From Sinorhizobium meliloti (GTDB lineage: Bacteria > Pseudomonadota > Alphaproteobacteria > Rhizobiales > Rhizobiaceae): a DNA stretch of 32,000 nucleotides. Made by a program: the position numbers and the translations under genes. Below the pieces are notes generated by a model, which did not search any database, was not told where the DNA came from, and saw nothing but the letters and a program-made list of their open reading frames with translations. The stretch covers positions 3,210,001 through 3,242,000 of the forward strand of contig NZ_JAGIOS010000001.1 of NCBI RefSeq assembly GCF_017876815.1, in the 5' to 3' direction. Positions 9,089 to 16,182 of the stretch are shown here, piece by piece. The number at the start of each line of letters is the position of its first letter. Position 1 is the stretch's first letter.

Positions 9089-9121
9089 TCCTCATCTCTG
9101 TGACGAGCACAGGGATGAGGA
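9089..9121. repeat. REP-like hairpin repeat, copy A (14-bp stem, 5-nt loop)
   Basis: TCCTCATCTCTGTG-ACGAG-CACAGGGATGAGGA, with 13 Watson-Crick pairs plus one G-T. It has the same architecture as 11613-11645 and 23/33 identity with it. It lies 43 nt downstream of the PagL-like stop. Confidence 0.6.
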
Positions 9122-9163
9122 AATCAAACAAGTAGCGGCGGGTATCCCAAATCTCAACAGGTC

Positions 9164-9754
9164 TTAGAACGTGTAGCCGAGCATCAACCCCGCACGCGTG
9201 AGCCCGTCGTTCGGACCGTCGCAGAGGTTGGCATTGGATGCATGCTCGACCGTGGCCGAGAGATTCCAGTGGTCGTCGAAACGGTAGCCCGCGGCCGCAT
9301 ATTCGCGAAACAGCAGCCGGCAGCCAAGTTTCGGTCCGTCCGATCCATCGTCATCGAGATCGCCGTCATGCACCGTGGCGCCGGTGCCCAGCTCGATGAA
9401 GAAGCGCTCGGTGATGTCGGCATCCCAACTCAAGCCGGCGTAGATCTCGCTCGCGCCGCTCGACGAGGTCGCGACGGAGGCGCCGGCATGGATTCGCGGC
9501 CGCAGGATTTTTTCGGCAAGACCGTTTGCGCTGCCGGCGCCGAGCGGATCGAAGAACACTGTAACGGAAGGGAAGACCCCGTCTTCCTGATTTGAGCCGT
9601 CGCCGATCGAGGTCGTAGCGCCGAACCGCAATTCATCGAAGACACTTTCTGCTGCACCGGCCTGAGAATTACCGATGAGTGCGCTCGAAAGTGTCAGGGC
9701 TGCTGCAATGAATATAAACGGTCCCCGACCTGCAACCGAGCGGAAATCTCTCAT
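9164..9754 (-). CDS. PagL-like lipid A 3-O-deacylase / acyloxyacyl hydrolase family outer-membrane protein
   Basis: ORF 9164..9760, whose first codon is TTG. The ATG at 9752-9754 has GGAAGG 8 nt upstream. Signal peptide ...FIAAALTLSSALIGNSQAGAAE is present. A beta-barrel-like alternating pattern is visible. The HxSN motif (VEHASNANL) and the C-terminal ...GLMLGYTF (terminal Phe) are typical of this family. Confidence 0.65.
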   Translation of the reverse strand: MRDFRSVAGRGPFIFIAAALTLSSALIGNSQAGAAESVFDELRFGATTSIGDGSNQEDGVFPSVTVFFDPLGAGSANGLAEKILRPRIHAGASVATSSSGASEIYAGLSWDADITERFFIELGTGATVHDGDLDDDGSDGPKLGCRLLFREYAAAGYRFDDHWNLSATVEHASNANLCDGPNDGLTRAGLMLGYTF

Positions 9755-9845
9755 GCTCAAACCTTCCAGTGCGAATCAATCTCTGCGGGATCAAAAGCAA
9801 GAGTAGATTGCCGAGGCTTGCGCGAAAGTCACCTTTAAAAACTAA

Positions 9846-11264
9846 TCAATCGAAACTGTCGTATCCGGCGCGCCCGCTATCGAGAAGCCGGCGTAGTATT
9901 TCGAAGCCTCTTCGCACCTCGGATCGTTCGGTGGGCGAGGAGAAACCGACGCGGATACGATGGAAAACCCGGTCGGAGCGTCCGGCCTTGAACTCATCCT
10001 CATCGTCGATGAGAACGCCCTCCTGCAGGGCGGCCTGCTTGAAGGTTCCGGAAAGCCAGGGCTCGGGCAGCTTCAGCCAGAAAAACGGGATCTTCGGATG
10101 CGAGTTGAAATCGAAGCCCGTAAAGATCTCGCGCGCCAGAGCTTCGCGTGCGCCGATTTCCTCGGCGCCGCGATTGCGCAATACCGACGCCGATCCGGAG
10201 AGGACCAGACGGGCGCAAAGCTCCGCGAGAATGAAAGGCAGGCCGCCGCTCACCATCTTGTGGGCGACGCGGATGCGCTGGCTGAAATGCGGCGGGCAGG
10301 CGACCCAGCCGCCGCGTACGCCGGCAGCAACGGACTTCGAAAGACCGCCGACGAGGAAGGTCCGCTCGGGCGCTAGTTCCATCAGCAACGGGAGCGGGTC
10401 TCCGGTCATGGAACCGTAGAGATTGTCCTCGACCAGCCAGACGCCGTATTTGCGCGCGATGTCGGCGATTGCCTGGCGCCGGTCGAGCGGCATGACCGCG
10501 ACCGTCGGGTTCTGCGCGCCGGGCATCAGAAAGGCGAGTTTCGGGTGCTGCTGGGCACAGACACGCTCGAAATCCTCCGGCCGCATCCCGAATTCGTCAC
10601 TTTCCACCAGCGCGATCCGCCGGCCGATGAGGCCGGCGCTGCGGCTGATCTGGGAATAGGTCAACGTCTCGAAGGCGATGCGGTCGCCAGGGGAGGTGAC
10701 GGCCGAGATCACCGCGACGACGGCGGCATGAGCCCCAAGCGTCGGAACGACCGTTTCCGGTCCCGGCCGGAAATTGCCGCGTGCCAGCCATTGAGACCCG
10801 GCCTCGAACCAATGATCCGGAAAGTTGCGGGCATAGCTCGCAATGTCCCCGTGATGCTCGCGACTGATATCTCCAAGCAGTTGGGCCAGAATGTCGCCCT
10901 GTCCGATATCAGGAGCGGCGGTGCTGTCGAAGCGGAGTTTGCCGGCCGGGGCTATGAGCGGGCGTGTCCCTGAAAGCGACGTCGTCAGCGGATCCGACTG
11001 CTCCGGCGGCCGGCTTTCCGGATGATCGAGAACGTAGGTGCCGCGGCCGACCTCGCCGCTGACGAGACCACGTTCGCGCACAATGCCGTAGGCACGCCCG
11101 ATCGTGCCGATCGTCACGCCGACATCGAAAGCGAGATTGCGCTGGGGCGGCAGCTTCGTACCCGCGGGCAGGGTGCCGTTGCCGATCGCCTCTTCGATCT
11201 GATCGGCAATGCGCGCGTAAAGCGGCCCGTGACCTTGTTCAATGTCGGGAAGCCAAGTTGTCAT
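9846..11264 (-). CDS. MocR/GabR/PdxR-type regulator (GntR wHTH fused to a fold-type I aminotransferase-like domain)
   Basis: 472 aa. The N-terminal GntR HTH reads PLYARIADQIEEAIGNGTLPAGTKLPPQRNLAFDVGVTIGTIGRAYGIVRERGLV. A long linker follows, then an aminotransferase-like domain (...LVGGLSKSVAAGVRGGW) with a candidate PLP lysine in SKS. Confidence 0.9.
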   Translation of the reverse strand: MTTWLPDIEQGHGPLYARIADQIEEAIGNGTLPAGTKLPPQRNLAFDVGVTIGTIGRAYGIVRERGLVSGEVGRGTYVLDHPESRPPEQSDPLTTSLSGTRPLIAPAGKLRFDSTAAPDIGQGDILAQLLGDISREHHGDIASYARNFPDHWFEAGSQWLARGNFRPGPETVVPTLGAHAAVVAVISAVTSPGDRIAFETLTYSQISRSAGLIGRRIALVESDEFGMRPEDFERVCAQQHPKLAFLMPGAQNPTVAVMPLDRRQAIADIARKYGVWLVEDNLYGSMTGDPLPLLMELAPERTFLVGGLSKSVAAGVRGGWVACPPHFSQRIRVAHKMVSGGLPFILAELCARLVLSGSASVLRNRGAEEIGAREALAREIFTGFDFNSHPKIPFFWLKLPEPWLSGTFKQAALQEGVLIDDEDEFKAGRSDRVFHRIRVGFSSPTERSEVRRGFEILRRLLDSGRAGYDSFD

Positions 11265-11272
11265 AGTGACAA
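11258..11272. promoter_or_regulatory. perfect palindrome TTGTCA-TAG-TGACAA overlapping the MocR start codon (candidate operator)
   Basis: 6-bp arms with a 3-bp spacer, read directly. The MocR ATG is the complement of 11262-11264, inside the palindrome. Confidence 0.35.
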
Positions 11273-11295
11273 TTCTCTATATTGCGCGACATTTC

Positions 11296-11589
11296 ATGTC
11301 AATTATCTCTATGGCAGCAGATGCAATGCGGGCAATGGTGATGACAATGGGTGCAATTGATGCAATTCGGCCTTTGGAGCGAGATCCGCGGCCACCGGCG
11401 CGCTTCGGCATTGATTCGCGAGGTGGCGCGGGAAATGTGTTGTCGCGGCTTTGGCAGCTCTATTGCGCGCTCGCGTCCAAGAGGCGCAGCCGTTTGGCTC
11501 TCGACGAACTGAGCACGCATCTGCTCGACGATATAGGCGTGAGCGAAAAGGAGGCGCGGCGTGAGTCGGCCGTCCCCTTCTGGCGGTAG
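11296..11589 (+). CDS. DUF1127 domain small protein (start uncertain)
   Basis: The C-terminus ...KRRSRLALDELSTHLLDDIGVSEKEARRESAVPFWR is the DUF1127 signature. In-frame starts are ATG at 11296, 11311, 11326, 11335, 11341 and 11347, and GTG at 11437. The GTG would give a 50-aa product of typical DUF1127 size. The track ORF 11242..11589 overlaps the MocR start. Confidence 0.7.
   Translation: MSIISMAADAMRAMVMTMGAIDAIRPLERDPRPPARFGIDSRGGAGNVLSRLWQLYCALASKRRSRLALDELSTHLLDDIGVSEKEARRESAVPFWR
11323..11366. promoter_or_regulatory. array of five (G/A)CAAT(G/T) direct repeats at 9-12 bp spacing
   Basis: GCAAT at 11323, 11332, 11353 and 11362, and ACAAT at 11344. Start-to-start spacings are 9, 12, 9 and 9 bp. 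The array lies in the MocR/DUF1127 divergent region and may be operator or leader sequence rather than coding. Confidence 0.35.
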
Positions 11590-11612
11590 GGTGTCCGGCA
11601 AAAATGTTTCCT

Positions 11613-11645
11613 CCCTCACCCCTGTGAGAGACACGGGAATGAGGG
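11613..11645. repeat. REP-like hairpin repeat, copy B
   Basis: CCCTCACCCCTGTG-AGAGA-CACGGGAATGAGGG. The stem has 14 positions: 11 Watson-Crick pairs, 1 wobble and 2 mismatches. It is related to 9089-9121. It sits between the convergent DUF1127 and lipoprotein genes. Confidence 0.55.
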
Positions 11646-11694
11646 CAATGAGAGCGTCGCCACGCGGAAGGTGGCGTTGCCGAAGACGGTCGGA

Positions 11695-12102
11695 TCAGCT
11701 GCAGCCTTTGCCGCCGGCAGCCCAGCGGCGCACATCCGCGGCGATGCGCGTCCCTACGGGCTCGCTCATCAACGGGCCGAAGGCCTGCAGGCGGGCGGGT
11801 TGACCCTCGGCCTCGACCACGGCAAGCGGGCGCGATTCCGGTGATTTGCGCGGGACAATCAGGATGCGCGGGCGTCCGGAGAAGGAGTTGAGTTCGGGGG
11901 CGAGGCGATAGGCTGTGAACGCCGCATCGCCCGACTTGAACCAGCAGCCGCTTGCGCCGAGAGCGACGCGCTCCATCGTCGGCAGCGCCGCGGAACTTGC
12001 GGCCGGTGCGGCGGGACGCCCCGACTGGCAAGCGGCGACAAGCGTCAGGCTGGCGGCAACGCAGGCGAGCGCAAGGGAACGTCCGTTGAAAATGGATGAC
12101 AT
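11695..12102 (-). CDS. putative lipoprotein, unknown function
   Basis: 135 aa. Signal peptide with lipobox: MSSIFNGRSLALACVAASLTLVAAC|QSG. No family recognised. Confidence 0.55.
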   Translation of the reverse strand: MSSIFNGRSLALACVAASLTLVAACQSGRPAAPAASSAALPTMERVALGASGCWFKSGDAAFTAYRLAPELNSFSGRPRILIVPRKSPESRPLAVVEAEGQPARLQAFGPLMSEPVGTRIAADVRRWAAGGKGCS

Positions 12103-12170
12103 AGGATGTCTCGCGGAACTGGTGGCGAACGCCGCCTTCCAGCGGCGACCGGAGCAATTTCAAAAAGTAC

Positions 12171-12194
12171 GAAGCGGTTTTCCACCCGTATTGC
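12171..12194 (+). repeat. dispersed intergenic motif, copy 2 (GAAGCGGTTTTCCACCCGTATTGC)
   Basis: See 2403-2425. This copy is in the opposite orientation relative to the flanking minus-strand genes (lipoprotein start, purQ stop). Confidence 0.5.
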
Positions 12195-12207
12195 TACATG
12201 ACAAAAC

Positions 12208-12879
12208 TTAAGCAGCAATTACGTCCAGCGCGGAGGCGAAGAGTCCTCGGCCGTCCGCGCCGCCATGAGCGGACTCGATCAGGTTTTCCGGATGCGGCAT
12301 CATGCCGAGCACATTGCCCTTCGCGTTCAGGACGCCGGCAATGTCGTTGACGGAGCCGTTCGGATTGGTTCCTTCGGCATAGCGGAACACGACCTGGCCA
12401 TTGCCTTCGATTGCCTTCAACGTTTCAGCATCGGCGAAATAGTTGCCGTCATGGTGGGCGACGGGGCTGCGGATCACCTGACCCTTGGCGTAGGCGCGGG
12501 TGAAAGCGGTGTCGGCGTTGACGACTTCCAGCTTCACCTCGCGGCAGACGAACTTCAGCGAGGCGTTGCGCATCAGCGCGCCTGGCAGGAGGCCCGCCTC
12601 GACGAGGATTTGGAAACCGTTGCAGACGCCGAGTACGCGCACGCCTTGCTCTGCCTTGGCCTTGATCGCCTGCATCACCGGCATGCGTGCAGCGATCGCG
12701 CCGCAGCGCAGGTAGTCGCCATAGGAGAAGCCGCCGGGAATGACGATCAGGTCCACATCCGGGATTTCGGTCTCCGTCTGCCAGACGGTGACCGGCGCCT
12801 TGCCGGAAATCTTCGTCAGCGCCGCGATCATGTCGCGGTCGCGATTGAGACCAGGAAGCTGAACGACGGCGGACTTCAT
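12208..12879 (-). CDS. purQ: phosphoribosylformylglycinamidine synthase subunit PurQ (glutaminase)
   Basis: ORF 12208..12945. ATG at 12877-12879 gives [17 protein letters not shown]... (223 aa). Catalytic GVCNGFQ and a C-terminal MPHPE motif are present. Confidence 0.95.
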   Translation of the reverse strand: MKSAVVQLPGLNRDRDMIAALTKISGKAPVTVWQTETEIPDVDLIVIPGGFSYGDYLRCGAIAARMPVMQAIKAKAEQGVRVLGVCNGFQILVEAGLLPGALMRNASLKFVCREVKLEVVNADTAFTRAYAKGQVIRSPVAHHDGNYFADAETLKAIEGNGQVVFRYAEGTNPNGSVNDIAGVLNAKGNVLGMMPHPENLIESAHGGADGRGLFASALDVIAA

Positions 12880-12960
12880 GACGTACCTATCTTGCCTTTG
12901 CCCCCGGCATATAAGGATTTCCGGGGCTGTTTCAACGCAGTGCAATGGCCGCCCCCGCCG

Positions 12961-13203
12961 TCAGGCGAGGGAGATGCTGTAGTTTTCGATAACGGTATTG
13001 GCGAGCAGCTTTTCGCACATGGCCTTGAGGTCGGCTTCCGCCTTGGCCTTGTCGGCGGTTTCGAGCTGAAGATCGAAGACCTTGCCCTGCCGCACCTGGC
13101 CGATGCCGTCAAAGCCGAGAGCGCCGAGCGCGCCTTCGATCGCTTTGCCCTGCGGGTCGAGAACACCGTTCTTCAGCGTCACGGTTACGCGTGCCTTGAT
13201 CAC
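12961..13203 (-). CDS. purS: phosphoribosylformylglycinamidine synthase subunit PurS
   Basis: 80 aa, MIKARVTVTLKNGVLDPQGKAIEGALGALGF... The start codon is GTG (complement of 13201-13203), 18 nt after the purC TAA. Confidence 0.93.
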   Translation of the reverse strand: MIKARVTVTLKNGVLDPQGKAIEGALGALGFDGIGQVRQGKVFDLQLETADKAKAEADLKAMCEKLLANTVIENYSISLA

Positions 13204-13221
13204 TTTTGCTTATCCCCGAGA

Positions 13222-13986
13222 TTACTTGACCAGCACCGGACCCGAACCGCGCGGCGGCTCGTTTTCATTGATGATGCCGAGGCGGCGGGCCACTTCCTGA
13301 TAGGCTTCGACAAGTCCGCCCATATCGCGGCGGAACCGGTCCTTGTCCATCTTTTCCTTCGTCTCGATGTCCCAGAGACGGCAGCTGTCGGGGGAAATCT
13401 CGTCGGCCAGGACGATGCGCATCATGTCGCCCTCATAGAGGCGGCCGCATTCGACCTTGAAGTCGACGAGCTGGATGCCGACGCCGAGGAAGAGGCCGGA
13501 AAGGAAATCGTTGATGCGGATGGCGAGCGCCATGATGTCGTCGAGTTCCTGCGGGCTCGCCCAGCCGAAAGCCGTGATGTGCTCTTCGGAGACCATCGGG
13601 TCGTCGAGGGCGTCGGCCTTGTAATAGAATTCGATGATCGAGCGCGGCAGTACGGTGCCTTCCTCGATGCCGAGGCGCTTGGCAAGAGATCCGGCAGCAA
13701 CATTGCGCACGACGATCTCGAGCGGAATGATTTCCACTTCCTTGATCAACTGCTCGCGCATGTTGAGGCGGCGGATGAAATGGGTCGGAATGCCGATCTT
13801 GTTCAGATGGGTGAAGATGTACTCGGAAATCCGGTTGTTGAGCACGCCCTTGCCGTCGATGACGTCATGTTTCTTCTTGTTGAAGGCGGTGGCGTCGTCC
13901 TTGAAGAACTGGATCAGCGTGCCCGGTTCCGGACCCTCGTAAAGGATCTTGGCCTTGCCCTCGTAGATACGGCGGCGACGATTCAT
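13222..13986 (-). CDS. purC: phosphoribosylaminoimidazole-succinocarboxamide (SAICAR) synthase PurC
   Basis: 254 aa, [36 protein letters not shown]...[17 protein letters not shown] at 13984-13986. Confidence 0.95.
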   Translation of the reverse strand: MNRRRRIYEGKAKILYEGPEPGTLIQFFKDDATAFNKKKHDVIDGKGVLNNRISEYIFTHLNKIGIPTHFIRRLNMREQLIKEVEIIPLEIVVRNVAAGSLAKRLGIEEGTVLPRSIIEFYYKADALDDPMVSEEHITAFGWASPQELDDIMALAIRINDFLSGLFLGVGIQLVDFKVECGRLYEGDMMRIVLADEISPDSCRLWDIETKEKMDKDRFRRDMGGLVEAYQEVARRLGIINENEPPRGSGPVLVK

Positions 13987-14214
13987 GGATCTGTCTCTGT
14001 GGTTGTTGGCGCTCTTGGGAGGCGCATTGGGAATTTTCTCAGCGGGTCCATATCCGAAAAGAAGACAATTAACAATCGGCGTGTCTTTCCATCCCCGGAT
14101 TAGATTAGGCTATCATGAAAGTCGCCGAAGGCGAAAAGGCGCATTGCACTTTCGAGAGCCTTTTGGTTTATGCGATGGTGCTTCGGGCAGCATATTTTTG
14201 AGGGAGATCGATTG

Positions 14215-14529
14215 ATGACCACGATGCAGGATCGCGAGAAGGCTTTCGAGGCGAAGTTCGCACTGGACGAGGAGTTGAGGTTCAAGGCGACCGCACGCCG
14301 CAACAAACTGCTTGGCCTTTGGGCCGCCGGTCTGCTCGCCAAGTCGGACCCGGAAGCCTATGCGAGCGAAATCGTCGCCGCGGACTTCGAAGAGGCCGGG
14401 CACGAGGACGTCGTGCGCAAGATCAAGACCGATTTCGATGCGGCCGGCGTTGCCATATCCGAAGACGACATTCGCGTCCGCATGATTGAGTTGCTCTCGG
14501 AAGCGGTCGCACAGCTACAGAAAAACTGA
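14215..14529 (+). CDS. DUF1476 protein, homologue of the alphaproteobacterial F1Fo-ATPase inhibitor zeta subunit
   Basis: ORF 14170..14529. ATG at 14215 has GAGGGA 8-9 nt upstream and gives 104 aa: MTTMQDREKAFEAKFALDEELRFKATARRNKLLGLWAAGLL... This is close in length and sequence to the Paracoccus denitrificans zeta subunit as I recall it. Confidence 0.85.
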   Translation: MTTMQDREKAFEAKFALDEELRFKATARRNKLLGLWAAGLLAKSDPEAYASEIVAADFEEAGHEDVVRKIKTDFDAAGVAISEDDIRVRMIELLSEAVAQLQKN

Positions 14530-14546
14530 ACCGATACCTCCATGCC

Positions 14547-14579
14547 GCCGCCCGGCAGAGACCGGGCGGCGTTTCTTTG
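14547..14579 (+). terminator. rho-independent terminator after the DUF1476 gene
   Basis: GCCGCCCGG (14547-14555), loop CAGAGA, CCGGGCGGC (14562-14570), followed by GTTTCTTTG. It lies between convergent genes. Confidence 0.6.
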
Positions 14580-14593
14580 AGCCGCGCCCGCTG

Positions 14594-15652
14594 TCATGCG
14601 AAGACGCGACCATCGAAGAGCTTTCGCGCGGTGCGCAGAAACGAGCATTCCTCCACGCTGCCGGCGTTGTCGAGCCGAAGCAGGATTTCCATACGTCCCG
14701 TCGGGTGCTCGACGGCCACGGTCTTTTCCTCGCCCTCCGGCAAAATGGCCAGGGACGCTGCGGGACTGTTTGGCAGCAGGCACGCCGTGGCCACGCTGAG
14801 TGCGCCAAAGACGCCGATCGAAGCATGTACGCGGTGGGGAATGAAGCTGCGGGTCATGATGGCGCCGCCATTCACCGGAAGGGCGACCAAGGTCATCTTG
14901 GGTACGGACTTTTTCATGACGTCGCCCAAATTCATCAGCGGTCCTGCGGCGAGGCGGATGCGCTCGATACGCGCCTTGACGGACTCGTTCGCCTCGAGCT
15001 CTTCGCGGCTCTCATACCCCGTCAGGCCGAAATCCGCCGCCCGCATGACAACGACCGGCATTCCGTTGTCGATCAGGGTGCAGGCAACACCCTCGATCTC
15101 GTTTGCGGCCGAGCCGGTCGGCAGCAATGCGCCACAGCTTGAACCGGCGGCGTCCGTAAAGGTCAGATAGACGGGTGCTGCGGGAGTCGGCACCCCGTCG
15201 ATCGATGCGTCGCCCGCATAGACCGGTCGGCCATTCGCGGTGCGGATGCGCGCGACAGCCGACTGGGACGTGTTCTCCATGTAGATTCGGATGGCGGTTT
15301 CGCCTTCCGCGGCTTCGACCAGCCCGCGCTCGACGGCAAAAGCGCCGACTCCGGCAAGTATATTGCCGCAATTCTGGCTGTCGCTTACCAGTGCCTGATC
15401 GACGAAGACCTGGAGAAAGAGAAAGTCTACGTCGAAATCGGGCCGGGCCGAGGCGCGAACGACGGCCACCTTGCTCGTCAGCGGATCGGCCCCGCCGATG
15501 CCGTCGATCTGACGCGGGTCGGGCGACCCCATGATGCGCAGCAGGAGCCGGTCGCGCTCCCCGGCGTCGGCGGGAAGATCGTCGGCGAGGAAATAGGCGC
15601 CTTTCGACGTGCCGCCCCTCATCATCATGCACGCGATGCCATCCGGCGTCAT
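14594..15652 (-). CDS. PrpF-superfamily isomerase, 4-oxalomesaconate tautomerase (GalD/LigU)-like
   Basis: ORF 14594..16105; the upstream 151 codons overlap tctB in another frame. ATG at 15650-15652 has AGGAG 8 nt upstream and gives 352 aa. The product reads MTPDGIACMMMRGGTSKGAYFL...IDGIGGADPLTSKVAVV...SQNCGNILAGVG...IDNGMPVV, which are PrpF/FldA family hallmarks. Confidence 0.8.
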   Translation of the reverse strand: MTPDGIACMMMRGGTSKGAYFLADDLPADAGERDRLLLRIMGSPDPRQIDGIGGADPLTSKVAVVRASARPDFDVDFLFLQVFVDQALVSDSQNCGNILAGVGAFAVERGLVEAAEGETAIRIYMENTSQSAVARIRTANGRPVYAGDASIDGVPTPAAPVYLTFTDAAGSSCGALLPTGSAANEIEGVACTLIDNGMPVVVMRAADFGLTGYESREELEANESVKARIERIRLAAGPLMNLGDVMKKSVPKMTLVALPVNGGAIMTRSFIPHRVHASIGVFGALSVATACLLPNSPAASLAILPEGEEKTVAVEHPTGRMEILLRLDNAGSVEECSFLRTARKLFDGRVFA

Positions 15653-15675
15653 GTGTTCACTCCTGTCAGGTCGTT

Positions 15676-16182
15676 TCAAGGAAGAGGAAGCGCGAGCAGC
15701 TTGCCGAAGACCAGATAGGCGATCGCCCAGAAGCCGGCCCCGGTTGCGACGGCTCGGACGAGCGGTTTCTCGCCGGGAAAGAGCAGCGTCGCCACGCCCG
15801 CGCCGATTCCGAGGCAAAGGGCCAGCCCGATCCAGTTCGCGCCGAGACACACCGCGACGAAGAGAGCCATCAGGCCGCTGACGCGTGCAATGTCGACCCT
15901 GCCGTGCGTTCCGCCGAGATCGACGCCCCTCAGGACCTGAACGAGATAGACAGCCGACACGGCCGTACCGAATACAGCAACCTGAATGGGCAGCGAACCC
16001 GGCCCGACATCGCCTCGTGAATGTCCAGCCGGCAGTCCGAGGCTCAACAGCAGGAAGCCCACGTTCCAGCCGATGCATACAAGGGCCGCGACGAGGTTTT
16101 GCCAATAATGCCCGTGCGGTGCCTCCCCGCCGTGCCCGGCGGAGAGGACATGTATCGAAGTACCCGATGCGTGATCGCTCAT
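15676..16182 (-). CDS. tctB: tripartite tricarboxylate transporter small membrane subunit TctB
   Basis: 168 aa with four hydrophobic segments. The ATG (16180-16182) overlaps the tctC TGA (ATGA). Both position and size fit TctB. Confidence 0.75.
   Translation of the reverse strand: MSDHASGTSIHVLSAGHGGEAPHGHYWQNLVAALVCIGWNVGFLLLSLGLPAGHSRGDVGPGSLPIQVAVFGTAVSAVYLVQVLRGVDLGGTHGRVDIARVSGLMALFVAVCLGANWIGLALCLGIGAGVATLLFPGEKPLVRAVATGAGFWAIAYLVFGKLLALPLP

Noticed and set aside
11323-11366. Repeat array considered as a CRISPR array or tandem-repeat locus
   Set aside because: The units are only 5-7 bp with 9-12 bp periodicity. There are no spacer-sized unique segments and no cas genes. It is treated as a candidate operator instead.
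12880-12960. 81-nt purS-purQ spacer with a short CCCCGG...CCGGGG stem
   Set aside because: The stem is only 6 bp with a long loop, which is insufficient to call a regulatory element.
12265-14103. 612-aa plus-strand ORF
   Set aside because: Antisense to purQ, purS and purC, all of which carry diagnostic motifs. No motifs are present in the antisense product.
14594-16105. Long N-terminal extensions of track ORFs (14594..16105, 19638..21059, 26508..27953, 3817..5352, 21048..22394)
   Set aside because: The extensions overlap the upstream real genes in another frame or cover promoter DNA. Internal ATGs with Shine-Dalgarno sequences, or stop/start overlaps, give products of family-typical length.
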